Below, in pieces: positions 1 through 8,906 of a stretch of DNA of 37,051 nt. Each line of letters opens with the position of its first letter. Within the stretch, counting starts at the first letter, position 1. The notes below the pieces were generated by a model. That model was not told where the DNA came from, made no database searches, and was given only the letters and a program-made list of their open reading frames with translations. Position numbers and translations under genes: made by a program. The DNA comes from Gemmatimonadales bacterium (lineage in GTDB: Bacteria > Gemmatimonadota > Gemmatimonadetes > Gemmatimonadales > GWC2-71-9). The stretch spans positions 1 through 37,051 of the forward strand of contig JBFJCP010000038.1 of NCBI GenBank assembly GCA_041615815.1. Direction: 5' to 3'.

Positions 1-338
1 CGCTGACCGTCTCGGAGGTGAGCCCCGGTCGGAAGAACCAGTTGAGGATCGAAATCGTGGGAACCGACGGAACGCTCGCGTGGGATTCGGAGCACGTCCA
101 GCATCTCTGGGTCGGGCGAAAGGACGAGCCCAATCAAAGCGTGGTTGCCGGGTTCCCGGACGGATTCGATGCCACCTTCGACCGCTTACACCACGAGGTC
201 TATCGCACGATCCGTGGGGATCCGCCGCCGTCGACCTCGTTCGCGACCTTCGCCGATGCGCACGAGATCGTGCGGGTGTGTGATGCCATGTCTCGCAGCA
301 GCCGGGAGCGCCGGTGGATCGACCTCAGGAATACATGA
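1..338 (+). CDS. Gfo/Idh/MocA family oxidoreductase, C-terminal part (truncated by window edge)
   Basis: Open frame to TGA at 336-338; SEVSPGRKNQLRIEIVGTDGTLAWDSE...FATFADAHEIVRVCDAMSRS...RWIDL is typical of Gfo/Idh/MocA C-termini. Confidence 0.75.
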   Translation, partial: LTVSEVSPGRKNQLRIEIVGTDGTLAWDSEHVQHLWVGRKDEPNQSVVAGFPDGFDATFDRLHHEVYRTIRGDPPPSTSFATFADAHEIVRVCDAMSRSSRERRWIDLRNT

Positions 339-366
339 GGAGTGAGCGCCGACGGGCGGGGACCCG

Positions 367-3114
367 TCAGTTGCCCGAGCCAGCGCCCTCGGTGAGGTCT
401 TGGAGTCGCCGGACCAGCTCGCCCACCTGTCGGATCTCTTCCCCGTACCGGCCCCAGTCGCCGGCGCGTTGGGCGGCCATCGCTGCCTCGTAATGCTGCG
501 CGGCCTGTCGCACCAGCGCACTCACGTCGATCCCCGCGGCAGCATCGCCGGTCAGCGCCGCCGCCGCTGCCGCGACCGGAACGGGGCGTGCCCGGTCGAA
601 ATCCCCTCCACCACCAAACAGCAGCTGCAGCCCACGGGCCAACGTCTCTTCCATCACTACCTGGTTCTGGTAGGCCACGACGACGCGCTTGAGCTCCGGG
701 ATCTGCCCGCCTTCCGCCCGCAGATAGAGCGCCTGCACAAAGATCAGTGACTCCTCGATGGGAATCACGAGGAGATTGCCGCGAATCACTTCGGAGCCGC
801 GCTGGTCCCAGAGCGAGACCTGACGGGAGATCTCCGTATTCTGATTCATGCGGTTGATGATCTGTACCGGACCGAACACGAGGCTCTGGCGCGGGAAACG
901 ATACACGACGAGTTGGCCGTAATGCTCACCGTCGTTCCGCGCCACCATCCACGCGGCGAGATTCTCCTTCTGCCTCGGCGTGAAGGGAACCATGAAGATG
1001 AACTCTTCCTGCTCCTCTTCGGGGAGCTTCATGACGATGTGGCGGAGGAACGGATCGCGCCCCACGCCCGCCGGTCTGGCCACCGAGGGGATCTGCCACT
1101 GATCCTCACGATAGTAGAAGGTCGCCGGCTCTCGCATATGGTACGTCGTGTACAGCGCCGTTTGCACCGCGAAGATGTCTTCGGGGTATCGGATATGCGC
1201 CCGCAAGTCCGCGGGCATCGAGTCCAGCGGCACGAAGATGTCAGCGAAGATCTGTGCGTAGGTGACGATCAGGGGATCGTCGGGCTCCGCCACATAGGGA
1301 ACGACGGTGCCGTCGTATGCGTCGATCACCACCTTCACACTGTTCCGCATGTAGTTCGTGCCGTCGAAGATGGGCTGGGCGTAGGGGTATCGGCTGGTGA
1401 ACGTGTAGGCGTCGAGCATCCACTTCAGACGGCCGTCTTCCGTGATTACCAAATACGGATCCCCATCCCACCGCAAGAATGGGAGAGCCTTCGCCGCTCG
1501 TTCGCGAATCTCCCGATGGTAGAGGGCTCGAGACTCCTCGCCAATGTCCTGTGACAACAGGATCTTGAGCGAGGCAAACCGTGCGCTGAGCACGGCCCGC
1601 CGCAGCCACGAGCTCACTGTCACGCCGCCCATGCCTTCGTACGTCGTGAACGCGTTCTGATCCCCGGCCGGGTAGTCGAACTCCCGTTGGCGAGTCTTGA
1701 CGAAGACATAGTCGTTGGAGAGCTCACCAAAATAGAGCTCGGGACGCGTGACGGTCAGGGACACGGACGAGGCCGGTGGAAGGTCCTTCACGAAGAGTAC
1801 CGGAAGGCCTTCCTGGGTGACCTGGTTGACGGGACCCAGCGTCAGCCCCATGCCGTGCGTGAAGGTCAGCCGTTCGTTGATGAATGTGCGGGTCGGGAGG
1901 GCGGCCGAGTTGAGCTCCCGTGGCGAAAGCAACACCTGCCGATACTCGCCATCGATCCAATAGCGATCGTCGTCGACCGACACGAAGTCGTAGTACGTCC
2001 GAATCTCTTGCAGCTGACCAAACGTCTGCAGCAGAGGGTCGCGATCCCATAAACGCACGTTGCGAATGGTGCCGGCGTTGGCCCGGATATCATCCAGTGT
2101 GAGCGTGGCTTCGCCAGTGAGATCGCGAACCGTCACATCGTCCAGCGCCCACGCCCGCCGAGTGGCGGAAATGTGGTGTTCCAGCTGCGGTGTTTCCTTG
2201 ACCAACTCGTTGGGAATGACCACCAACCGCTGCATCGCCCCCGGCACGATAGCGCCCAACACACCGGACACGGCGATGTACAGCACGATTGCCGCCGCGG
2301 TGTTCCGCGCCAGTGCCCGCGCGCGGGGTCCCAACAGCACCATGACCGCGCCGACGAGTGCAGTGATCCAGGCCGCGTGCAGCAAGGGACGACGCACGAC
2401 GAGGTCCGTGTGGCTCGCCCCGAACAACGGACCGGTAGTCGAGTACAGCAGCGATGGGATACGAACGAAGTACACGTTGATCGCCAAGACCACGAAGAAC
2501 GCGGCCACGAGCACCGCCAGGTGCCACTCCGCCGATGGCTCGATCGTCACACGCCGACGCATGACGACGATGTCACGACGTAACAGATATAGCGGGACCA
2601 CGAGGAGCAGCCCTAGAGTCAGCAGCGCAAGCGCGAGCCCAATGCCGGACGAGATGACGGGCAGCGAAAACACGTAGTACCCGACGTCCCGGCCAAAAAT
2701 CGGATCGACCTCGTTAAACGGCGTTCGCTCCAGAAACCGCAGGACCGCCAACCACCCCCCGGTCGCAATGAGCCCCACGATCAGCCCCAGTAACGCCGCC
2801 GCCGGCCACGACAGGCGGCGGAGGATCTGTGTGACATCGACCGACGGCTCTCGCCCGAGGCGAACCACGAGCGGATCCGGGACCAGGCCGCGCTGCGCCA
2901 ACCGGAGATTCAGAAAGAAGAACAGAAAGGCAAGGACCCCTACGCCGACGCCCAACACAAGCTTGGCCATGAGCGACGTGAGGAAGACAGTCTGAAATCC
3001 GAGCGCTTCGAACCAATACCAGTCGGCCACCACGCCCACGAGCGAGGGAAGCGCCGTGGCGGACAAGAAGACCACCACGATGAGCGCCAGGAGAACCACG
3101 GGACCTCGGTGCAT
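367..3114 (-). CDS. UPF0182 family membrane protein
   Basis: N-terminal TM helices, DWYWFEALGF, DPIFGRDVGYYVFSLP, NVRLWD..QLQEIRTYYDF, NYMRNSVKVVIDAYDG; start moved to ATG 3114 (MHRGPVV). Confidence 0.93.
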   Translation of the reverse strand: MHRGPVVLLALIVVVFLSATALPSLVGVVADWYWFEALGFQTVFLTSLMAKLVLGVGVGVLAFLFFFLNLRLAQRGLVPDPLVVRLGREPSVDVTQILRRLSWPAAALLGLIVGLIATGGWLAVLRFLERTPFNEVDPIFGRDVGYYVFSLPVISSGIGLALALLTLGLLLVVPLYLLRRDIVVMRRRVTIEPSAEWHLAVLVAAFFVVLAINVYFVRIPSLLYSTTGPLFGASHTDLVVRRPLLHAAWITALVGAVMVLLGPRARALARNTAAAIVLYIAVSGVLGAIVPGAMQRLVVIPNELVKETPQLEHHISATRRAWALDDVTVRDLTGEATLTLDDIRANAGTIRNVRLWDRDPLLQTFGQLQEIRTYYDFVSVDDDRYWIDGEYRQVLLSPRELNSAALPTRTFINERLTFTHGMGLTLGPVNQVTQEGLPVLFVKDLPPASSVSLTVTRPELYFGELSNDYVFVKTRQREFDYPAGDQNAFTTYEGMGGVTVSSWLRRAVLSARFASLKILLSQDIGEESRALYHREIRERAAKALPFLRWDGDPYLVITEDGRLKWMLDAYTFTSRYPYAQPIFDGTNYMRNSVKVVIDAYDGTVVPYVAEPDDPLIVTYAQIFADIFVPLDSMPADLRAHIRYPEDIFAVQTALYTTYHMREPATFYYREDQWQIPSVARPAGVGRDPFLRHIVMKLPEEEQEEFIFMVPFTPRQKENLAAWMVARNDGEHYGQLVVYRFPRQSLVFGPVQIINRMNQNTEISRQVSLWDQRGSEVIRGNLLVIPIEESLIFVQALYLRAEGGQIPELKRVVVAYQNQVVMEETLARGLQLLFGGGGDFDRARPVPVAAAAAALTGDAAAGIDVSALVRQAAQHYEAAMAAQRAGDWGRYGEEIRQVGELVRRLQDLTEGAGSGN

Positions 3115-3262
3115 GATGGATAAGTGCCCCTCGGGGACGGTCGAGGCAAGTCCTCCGGACTTGCCGGGGGCCGGGCATCCCGCCAAATTCCGCCGCTTCG
3201 CCCACCCCGACCCCGGTGGGCCCCAGTCGCCGAACACCGGCTCGGTGCTGGTAGCCCCGTCA

Positions 3263-3287
3263 TAACAGCAGAAATGACAACAAGTTA
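3263..3287. promoter_or_regulatory. TAA-N19-TTA AT-rich IHF-like site in divergent promoter region
   Basis: TAAcagcagaaatgaCAAcaagTTA; right half resembles IHF WATCAANNNNTTR; same spacing recurs at 26798 and 30899. Confidence 0.4.
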
Positions 3288-3362
3288 AATGCTGGCACAG
3301 CGTAGATGGCCGCAGGCCCCAGAAGGTCTGCACACGGTATGAAAGTTGCCCCTGCCCTCAGC

Positions 3363-4793
3363 ATGGAAAACGTCTCCCTCATCCCGCTGAACTTCGACCG
3401 TTTCGTCAGCGTTCTCGACGAGATTGGACGCAAACGGCTCCGTGGCACGATCGCCGACGCCCACGCGTTGTTGGGTGACCGCATCGTTTGGCACATCAAT
3501 TCCACCAGCAAAGGCGGGGGCGTCGCCGAGATGTTGCAGACGCTCCTGGGCTACGAGCGAGGTGCAGGTCTGGACAGCCGTTGGCTCGTGATCGACGGCG
3601 ACCCCGAATTCTTCACGCTGACCAAGCGGCTCCATCATCGCTTGCACAGCAAGCCCGGAGACGGCGGCAGTCTCGGTGAGGCCGAGCGGCGCCACTACGC
3701 CCGCATCGCGCAACGGAACGCGGAGCAGGTGCTGAGCGTCGTGCGCCCACGCGACGTCGTGGTGCTGCACGATCCGCAGACCATCGGGTTGGCGCCGGCG
3801 CTCCGTGAAGCCGGAGCGCTGGTGGTTTGGCGCTGTCACATCGGAAGTGACAAAGTGAATACGCACCTTCGCGAGGCGTGGGAGTTCTTACGGCCGCATC
3901 TCGAGCAGGCACACGCGTTCGTGTTTTCGCGGGAACGTTACGTCCCCAGATGGCTGGGGCTTTCCAACGTGTTCATCATTCCCCCGGCGATCGACGCCTT
4001 GTCGGCGAAGAACGCGCCGATGAGTCGTGGCGGCGTCCGAAGCGTCCTTCGCTTCATCGGGATACTGGATGGGACCTCGCGCAACGGGCAACATCTCGGC
4101 TTCACCCGGCTCGACGGCTCCGTCGGCCGGGTTCGGCGGCGAGCCGAGATCGTACAAACGGCCCCAGTCTCCGGGCCCGAGGTACCGCTGGTCGTCCAGG
4201 TCTCGCGCTGGGACCCGCTCAAGGACATGGCGGGCGTGATGCGAGGGTTTGCCGATGGGATCCGCCGGATGGGGAAGTCCCATTTGGTCCTCGTGGGTCC
4301 GGATGTGCGCGGGGTGACCGATGATCCGGAGGGCGCCCGGGTGCTCGAATCGTGCATCACTCGCTGGCGCCGGCTTCCGCCGGCGGTGCGAGATCGCGTG
4401 CACCTGGTCTGTCTCCCCATGGATGACGTCGAAGAAAACGCCGTGATGGTCAACGCCATTCAGCGACATGCGGCGATCGTCGCCCAGAAGAGCATCCACG
4501 AGGGATTTGGACTCACCGTCACTGAGGCCATGTGGAAGGGCCGGGCCATCGTCGCCAGCGCCGTGGGGGGAATCCAGGATCAGATCGTGGACCAGACGCA
4601 CGGTCTCTTGCTGACCAAGCCCCGCGACATAGAGGCATTCGGGGACGCCGTGTCGTTCCTGCTACGCAATCCGGAGGCCGCCCGACGGCTGGGTCGCAAT
4701 GCGCGCCGCCGCGTGGCATCCAAATACCTCGGACCCCGCCGGCTCACACAGTTCGTCGACTTGTTGCACACCCTCGAAGGCAAGAAGCGATAG
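3363..4793 (+). CDS. treT: GT4 glycosyltransferase, trehalose synthase TreT-like
   Basis: WHINSTSKGGGVAEML, HDPQ, WRCHI, SRWDPLKD, QKSIHEGFGLTVTEAMWK; start uncertain (3306/3339/3363). Confidence 0.85.
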   Translation: MENVSLIPLNFDRFVSVLDEIGRKRLRGTIADAHALLGDRIVWHINSTSKGGGVAEMLQTLLGYERGAGLDSRWLVIDGDPEFFTLTKRLHHRLHSKPGDGGSLGEAERRHYARIAQRNAEQVLSVVRPRDVVVLHDPQTIGLAPALREAGALVVWRCHIGSDKVNTHLREAWEFLRPHLEQAHAFVFSRERYVPRWLGLSNVFIIPPAIDALSAKNAPMSRGGVRSVLRFIGILDGTSRNGQHLGFTRLDGSVGRVRRRAEIVQTAPVSGPEVPLVVQVSRWDPLKDMAGVMRGFADGIRRMGKSHLVLVGPDVRGVTDDPEGARVLESCITRWRRLPPAVRDRVHLVCLPMDDVEENAVMVNAIQRHAAIVAQKSIHEGFGLTVTEAMWKGRAIVASAVGGIQDQIVDQTHGLLLTKPRDIEAFGDAVSFLLRNPEAARRLGRNARRRVASKYLGPRRLTQFVDLLHTLEGKKR

Positions 4794-5602
4794 CACCTCC
4801 GCCGTTTCACGACAACGTCGTCATCGTGACCGGTGCCTCGCGTGGTATCGGTCGTGAGCTTGCTCTGCAATTGGCCGCGCAGGGGGCAAGGCTCGCACTC
4901 GCCGCACGTACGAAGGATCGGTTGGAGGCCGTGGCCGCCGAATGCCGCGAGCGGGGAGCCAGCACCGTTACCGTGTCAACCGACGTCACGAGTCCGGACC
5001 AATGCCAGGCCCTCGTCACCCGCACCGTCGCGGAATGGGGCTGCGTCGATACGCTCGTGAACAACGCCGGGATCACCATGGCGTTTCGCTTCGACGAACT
5101 CGCCGACCTCACCCTCCCTGACCGCATCATGCGCGTCAACTACGTGGGCAGCCTGTACTGCACGCACTTCGCGCTCCCTCATCTACGCCACTCGCGCGGC
5201 CGCATCGTGGGCGTCGCGAGCCTGACCGGTCGCGCCGGCGTGCCACTCCGGAGCCTCTACGCGGCCAGCAAACACGCGATGGCCGGGTTCTTCGATTCGC
5301 TCCGCATCGAGCTCGCGGACACGGGCGTGAGTGTAACCATGATCTATCCCGATTTCGTGCAGACCGAGGTGCGCGATCGGGCGATGGGTCCGGACGGACG
5401 TCCCGTGACGATCGCCCCAAGGTCCGGAGACTTCATGACGGCCGAAGACTGCGCCGCCCGAATCGTGAAGGCCGCGGCGCGGCGACGACGCGAGATCATC
5501 ATGGGTGCACGCGGCAAAGTCGGCATGTGGCTCAAAGTGATCGCCCCCGGGGCGGTCGATGCCATCGCCCGCAAGGCGATCCGGCAAGTACGCATCGAGT
5601 AA
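4790..5602 (+). CDS. Short-chain dehydrogenase/reductase (SDR)
   Basis: TGASRGIG, NNAG, YAASK (YxxxK); no ATG/GTG/TTG near the domain start, probable ATA start at 4790 overlapping treT stop. Confidence 0.9.
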   Translation: MAPPPFHDNVVIVTGASRGIGRELALQLAAQGARLALAARTKDRLEAVAAECRERGASTVTVSTDVTSPDQCQALVTRTVAEWGCVDTLVNNAGITMAFRFDELADLTLPDRIMRVNYVGSLYCTHFALPHLRHSRGRIVGVASLTGRAGVPLRSLYAASKHAMAGFFDSLRIELADTGVSVTMIYPDFVQTEVRDRAMGPDGRPVTIAPRSGDFMTAEDCAARIVKAAARRRREIIMGARGKVGMWLKVIAPGAVDAIARKAIRQVRIE

Positions 5603-5693
5603 GGGGAGCGGGGAGCCGACCGTAGCGAGCGGCGCCCGCACACACGGGGGAGGGACACCTTTCCCGCAACCACACCTGGCGCTACCCTCCACC

Positions 5694-6266
5694 ATGTCCC
5701 TCCTGGGTCGGCCTGGCATCCTGTGGATCGCGGTGACCGTGGAACTCGGCCTTCTCGTCGCCGCCGCCGTTCTCATGTGGTTGTTCGGCGTCTCACCCGC
5801 TCGCGGACTGAGGCTGGGCGCGTGGCCCTTCCTGCAAGGAATCGCGGCGACCGTCCCGTTAGTGGTCCTGATGTGGTGGAGTCTCCAAACCCCGTGGCAG
5901 CCTATTGCCGGATTGCGTGAGGACGTGCTGCGCGACGTCGCTCCAATGTTTGCGGGCTGCCGTGTTATCGACGTCGCAATCATCGCCGTCACGGCGGGGG
6001 TTGCGGAGGAGGTGCTGTTTCGTGGCGTGTTGCAGAATGCCGTGAGCGAACTGTCGACGCCCGCATTAGGTCTGATCGTCGCGAGTGTGGTATTCGGTTT
6101 GGCACACTTCGTGTCACCGCTCTACGCCGCGCTCGCCGGTCTCATCGGCGCGTACTTGGGGACGCTCTGGCTGTCGACGGGAAACCTCTTCGTGCCCATC
6201 GTCGTGCATGCCGCGTACGACTTCGTGGCGCTGCTGGCGGTGTTACGGGAGGCACGAACGCGATAG
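5694..6266 (+). CDS. CPBP (CAAX protease/Abi) family intramembrane metalloprotease
   Basis: AGVAEEVLFRG, FGLAH, VHAAYD motifs within hydrophobic helices. Confidence 0.9.
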   Translation: MSLLGRPGILWIAVTVELGLLVAAAVLMWLFGVSPARGLRLGAWPFLQGIAATVPLVVLMWWSLQTPWQPIAGLREDVLRDVAPMFAGCRVIDVAIIAVTAGVAEEVLFRGVLQNAVSELSTPALGLIVASVVFGLAHFVSPLYAALAGLIGAYLGTLWLSTGNLFVPIVVHAAYDFVALLAVLREARTR

Positions 6267-6328
6267 CGATTGCGGCTGGGGCGGCTGGCACCGGTGCAAA
6301 TCACACGAAAGCGCTCATGGCATTTCCC

Positions 6329-6371
6329 GGTGACAAACGTCACAGGCCCCTGCACCTGCCGATGCTACCTT
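6329..6371 (+). promoter_or_regulatory. CRP/FNR-type box plus extended -10 (class II geometry) upstream of bactofilin
   Basis: GGTGA-caaacg-TCACA 6329-6344; TGcTACCTT 6363-6371; box centre about -41.5 from the inferred TSS. Confidence 0.5.
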
Positions 6372-6421
6372 ACAACCGAAAAGCAAGTTCGACGCGGGTC
6401 CCATTCAAGGAGTCGATTCGA

Positions 6422-6940
6422 ATGGCGATGTTTTCCACCCCGAAGAGGGACGGTGATCTCCCGGTGGCCCTGCGACCGGGGTCCCACGACGCGAGGCTCT
6501 CCGTATTGGCCGCGGGGATTCGTGTCATTGGTCAGATCGAGACCGAAGGTGTCGTGAAGATCGAGGGTGAAGTGGAGGGGAGTGTGCGGGCGGAAGGGCA
6601 GGTCCTGGTAGCCAAGGGCGGCGTGGTGAAGGGCGATATCTACACGCGACAAGCGGTCGTCGCCGGCGAAGTGCACGGGGGTATCCTCGCGGAGGAGCGG
6701 GTGGAGCTCCAGGCAAGCTCGGTCATCGACGGGGACATTACGGCTCCCCGCATCGTCGTGGAGGAGGGCGGTCAGGTCAATGGCCACCTCAAGATGGCCG
6801 CCCCGGACGCGGTGCACCGCCAGGTGGGGCGCACACCGGAGCGGAACCGGCCGGAATCCCCGACGGCGAGTGGTTCGCCCTCGGCGTTCACCATCAGCGA
6901 CAGTGGACCCAAGAAAGTCTCGGCGGGACGACCGAACTAG
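6422..6940 (+). CDS. Bactofilin (polymer-forming cytoskeletal protein)
   Basis: SVLAAGIRVIGQIETEGVVKIEGEVEGSV...VVEEGGQVNGHLKM beta-helix repeats; AAGGAG RBS at 6407. Confidence 0.9.
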   Translation: MAMFSTPKRDGDLPVALRPGSHDARLSVLAAGIRVIGQIETEGVVKIEGEVEGSVRAEGQVLVAKGGVVKGDIYTRQAVVAGEVHGGILAEERVELQASSVIDGDITAPRIVVEEGGQVNGHLKMAAPDAVHRQVGRTPERNRPESPTASGSPSAFTISDSGPKKVSAGRPN

Positions 6941-6960
6941 CTGATCGGCTTGAAGTTACG

Positions 6961-6999
6961 GAGCGGCCCGCCCCTCCCTCCCGGGACGGTGGGCCGCTC
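6961..6999 (+). terminator. GC-rich hairpin after bactofilin
   Basis: gagcggcccgcc ... ggtgggccgctc followed by tcattt. Confidence 0.55.
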
Positions 7000-7162
7000 T
7001 CATTTCCGGCTGCTCGGCCGGATGTGAGGCGCATCACCGCCCGCTGGCCCGCGTGAGCAGACTTTGGGAGTCCTTCACATCATACTTCGAGACGTGACCG
7101 CCGGCCCGTGGGGTCGGCGACTGTCGTCGTGGCAGACGCCGTGTGCGAGGAGTAAAACGACC

Positions 7163-8068
7163 ATGTCCGCAATGCGATTCTCGATCCCGTCCCGGTGGTG
7201 GCTGTCTCTGCTCGTGGTGCCTCTCGTGGGCTGTGACGCCGGAGCCCGGGAACAGATGCAGCTTCAGCTCGAGCAGCTGCAGACGATCTCAGCCGAAAAG
7301 GACAGCCTGCTCCAGCAGGTGGCGGAAAACGCTCAACTCATGAACGACATCAGTGGCGAGCTGAGCAAGGTGCGGGAGGGGAAGGGAGGCCTCGTGGTCT
7401 CGCCTGAGTCGCCGTTTCAGGTTTCCCGCGACAGCATCCTCCATGCGATCAAAGAGGTGACCGAACGGGTCAACGAAAGCGAGTCGCGGTTGCGCGCGAG
7501 TCAGCGGCGGATTCGGACCCTCACGTCGGTCAACGACAGCCTCCGCAACAGCGTTTCGGCCTTCGAGGCAACAATCGCCAACTTCGAGACGGTGATTGCC
7601 AACCAGCGAGTGACCATCCGCTCACTCGCGGATCAGGTCAACACGCTCATGGCACAGAACCTCCGCCTGGCGGCCGAGAAGGCCGCGCTCAAGGACACGG
7701 TCCAGGACCTCGCGACGCGCGATGCGACGGTGTATTACGTGATCGGAACCAAAAAAGAGCTGATCGAACGGGGCATTGTGGTGGAAGAGGGCGGGAGTCG
7801 GGTCCTTTTCATCTTCGGCAAACGTGGCAAGACCATCCGACCGGCCACGGAGCTGGATGAAGAGGAGTTCATCGCCATCAACAAGAACGAAGTCACTGAG
7901 ATCGAGCTACCCAAGCCGGACAAAAAATATCGCATCGCCTCGCGGCAGAATCTGGGGTACCTGGCCGAGCCACCCGACGACGATGGGAAGGTGCAGGGTG
8001 CCATCGCCATCAGCTCGCCGGCCGAGTTCTGGGAAACCTCGAAGTTCTTGATCATCGTGGAGAGCTAG
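7163..8068 (+). CDS. Coiled-coil lipoprotein of unknown function
   Basis: GAGGAG RBS, lipobox LVGC, long heptad region, C-terminal YYVIGTKKELIERGIV...FWETSKFLII domain. Confidence 0.75.
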   Translation: MSAMRFSIPSRWWLSLLVVPLVGCDAGAREQMQLQLEQLQTISAEKDSLLQQVAENAQLMNDISGELSKVREGKGGLVVSPESPFQVSRDSILHAIKEVTERVNESESRLRASQRRIRTLTSVNDSLRNSVSAFEATIANFETVIANQRVTIRSLADQVNTLMAQNLRLAAEKAALKDTVQDLATRDATVYYVIGTKKELIERGIVVEEGGSRVLFIFGKRGKTIRPATELDEEEFIAINKNEVTEIELPKPDKKYRIASRQNLGYLAEPPDDDGKVQGAIAISSPAEFWETSKFLIIVES

Positions 8069-8071
8069 CCC

Positions 8072-8138
8072 GAGGACCAGGGACTGGAGGCGGGATCGGC
8101 GCGAGACCCACCGCACCCGCTCTCCGTCCGTGGTCCTC
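8072..8138. terminator. Long imperfect hairpin between convergent ends
   Basis: gaggacca..ggag.gcggg ... cccgc.tctcc..tggtcctc. Confidence 0.45.
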
Positions 8139-8141
8139 AGC

Positions 8142-8282
8142 TTAGCGATTCTCGCGGCTCAGCGTCGGGTATACGATTCCCAGCTGCTCCAGGTACGTGT
8201 CAAATCGGGTGTCGTCGAAGTAGTACGGCTGAAGCGCCGGGCGGAACTGCTCCATCGTCCCTTGATTCAGATCGACCGCCGG
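8142..8282 (-). pseudogene. 3' remnant of an M20/AbgB-like amidohydrolase
   Basis: Minus frame reads PAVDLNQGTMEQFRPALQPYYFDDTRFDTYLEQLGIVYPTLSRENR*, matching my recollection of the YY.P.KY.TYLEQLGI.YPT tail of these enzymes; the rest of the gene is absent. Confidence 0.6.
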
Positions 8283-8293
8283 GAGCCCGCGGC

Positions 8294-8833
8294 CTATGGA
8301 ATCACCGCCTCCAAGCCATCGGCCACGGCCATCGCCAGCAGATGTTGATTCTCGGGATCCACGAGGAACTCGAGCTGCGTGGGGTTGGTGATGAACTCGT
8401 GCTCGATGAGCACTGCAGGCATCGCGGTCAGCCGCAGGACCGCGAAGTTCGCCTCCTTCACGCCGCGATCGCGGTGGGTCGGGAACATCCCAATCAGCGA
8501 AGCGAGCACGGCGGACGACAGCAACCGCCCCGTAACCGACCCCGGGAAATGATAGACTTCCATCCCTTGCGCGGATGGAGTCCCGGCCGCGTTCACGTGC
8601 ATGCTGACAAAGACGTCCGCATCGAACCGGTTAGCGAAGGCCGCGCGGGCTTCCAGGCCGAGCGTGCGATCCCGCCGACGGGTCATCACGACCCAATGAC
8701 CGCGGGCCTCGAGCTCTTCCTCCAAGAAAATGGCGAGCTGGAGACTGATGTGTTTTTCCTCGAGGAAGAACGGCACCGTCCCAATGCCACCCGGATCAGC
8801 TCCACCATGTCCCGCGTCGACGCAGACTTTCAT
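8294..8833 (-). CDS. N-acetylmuramoyl-L-alanine amidase (Amidase_3), catalytic domain only
   Basis: VCVDAGHGG, EEK, FVSMHVNA, PAVLIEHEFITN zinc-amidase motifs. Confidence 0.9.
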   Translation of the reverse strand: MKVCVDAGHGGADPGGIGTVPFFLEEKHISLQLAIFLEEELEARGHWVVMTRRRDRTLGLEARAAFANRFDADVFVSMHVNAAGTPSAQGMEVYHFPGSVTGRLLSSAVLASLIGMFPTHRDRGVKEANFAVLRLTAMPAVLIEHEFITNPTQLEFLVDPENQHLLAMAVADGLEAVIP

Positions 8834-8906
8834 TCGGGCAGGAGTACGTGAAGGCGCCCACCGGCACAAGGAAGGCGGCAGCAAAGGTGCTTGGAGGGAC
8901 GCACCA

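Noticed and set aside
3115..3333. 73-aa N-terminal extension of UPF0182 in the ORF track
   Set aside because: Cys/Pro/Gly-rich junk crossing the divergent promoter; family-like sequence starts at ATG 3114
4532..4789. N-terminal extension of the SDR overlapping treT
   Set aside because: Arg/Pro-rich off-frame translation of treT; no domain character
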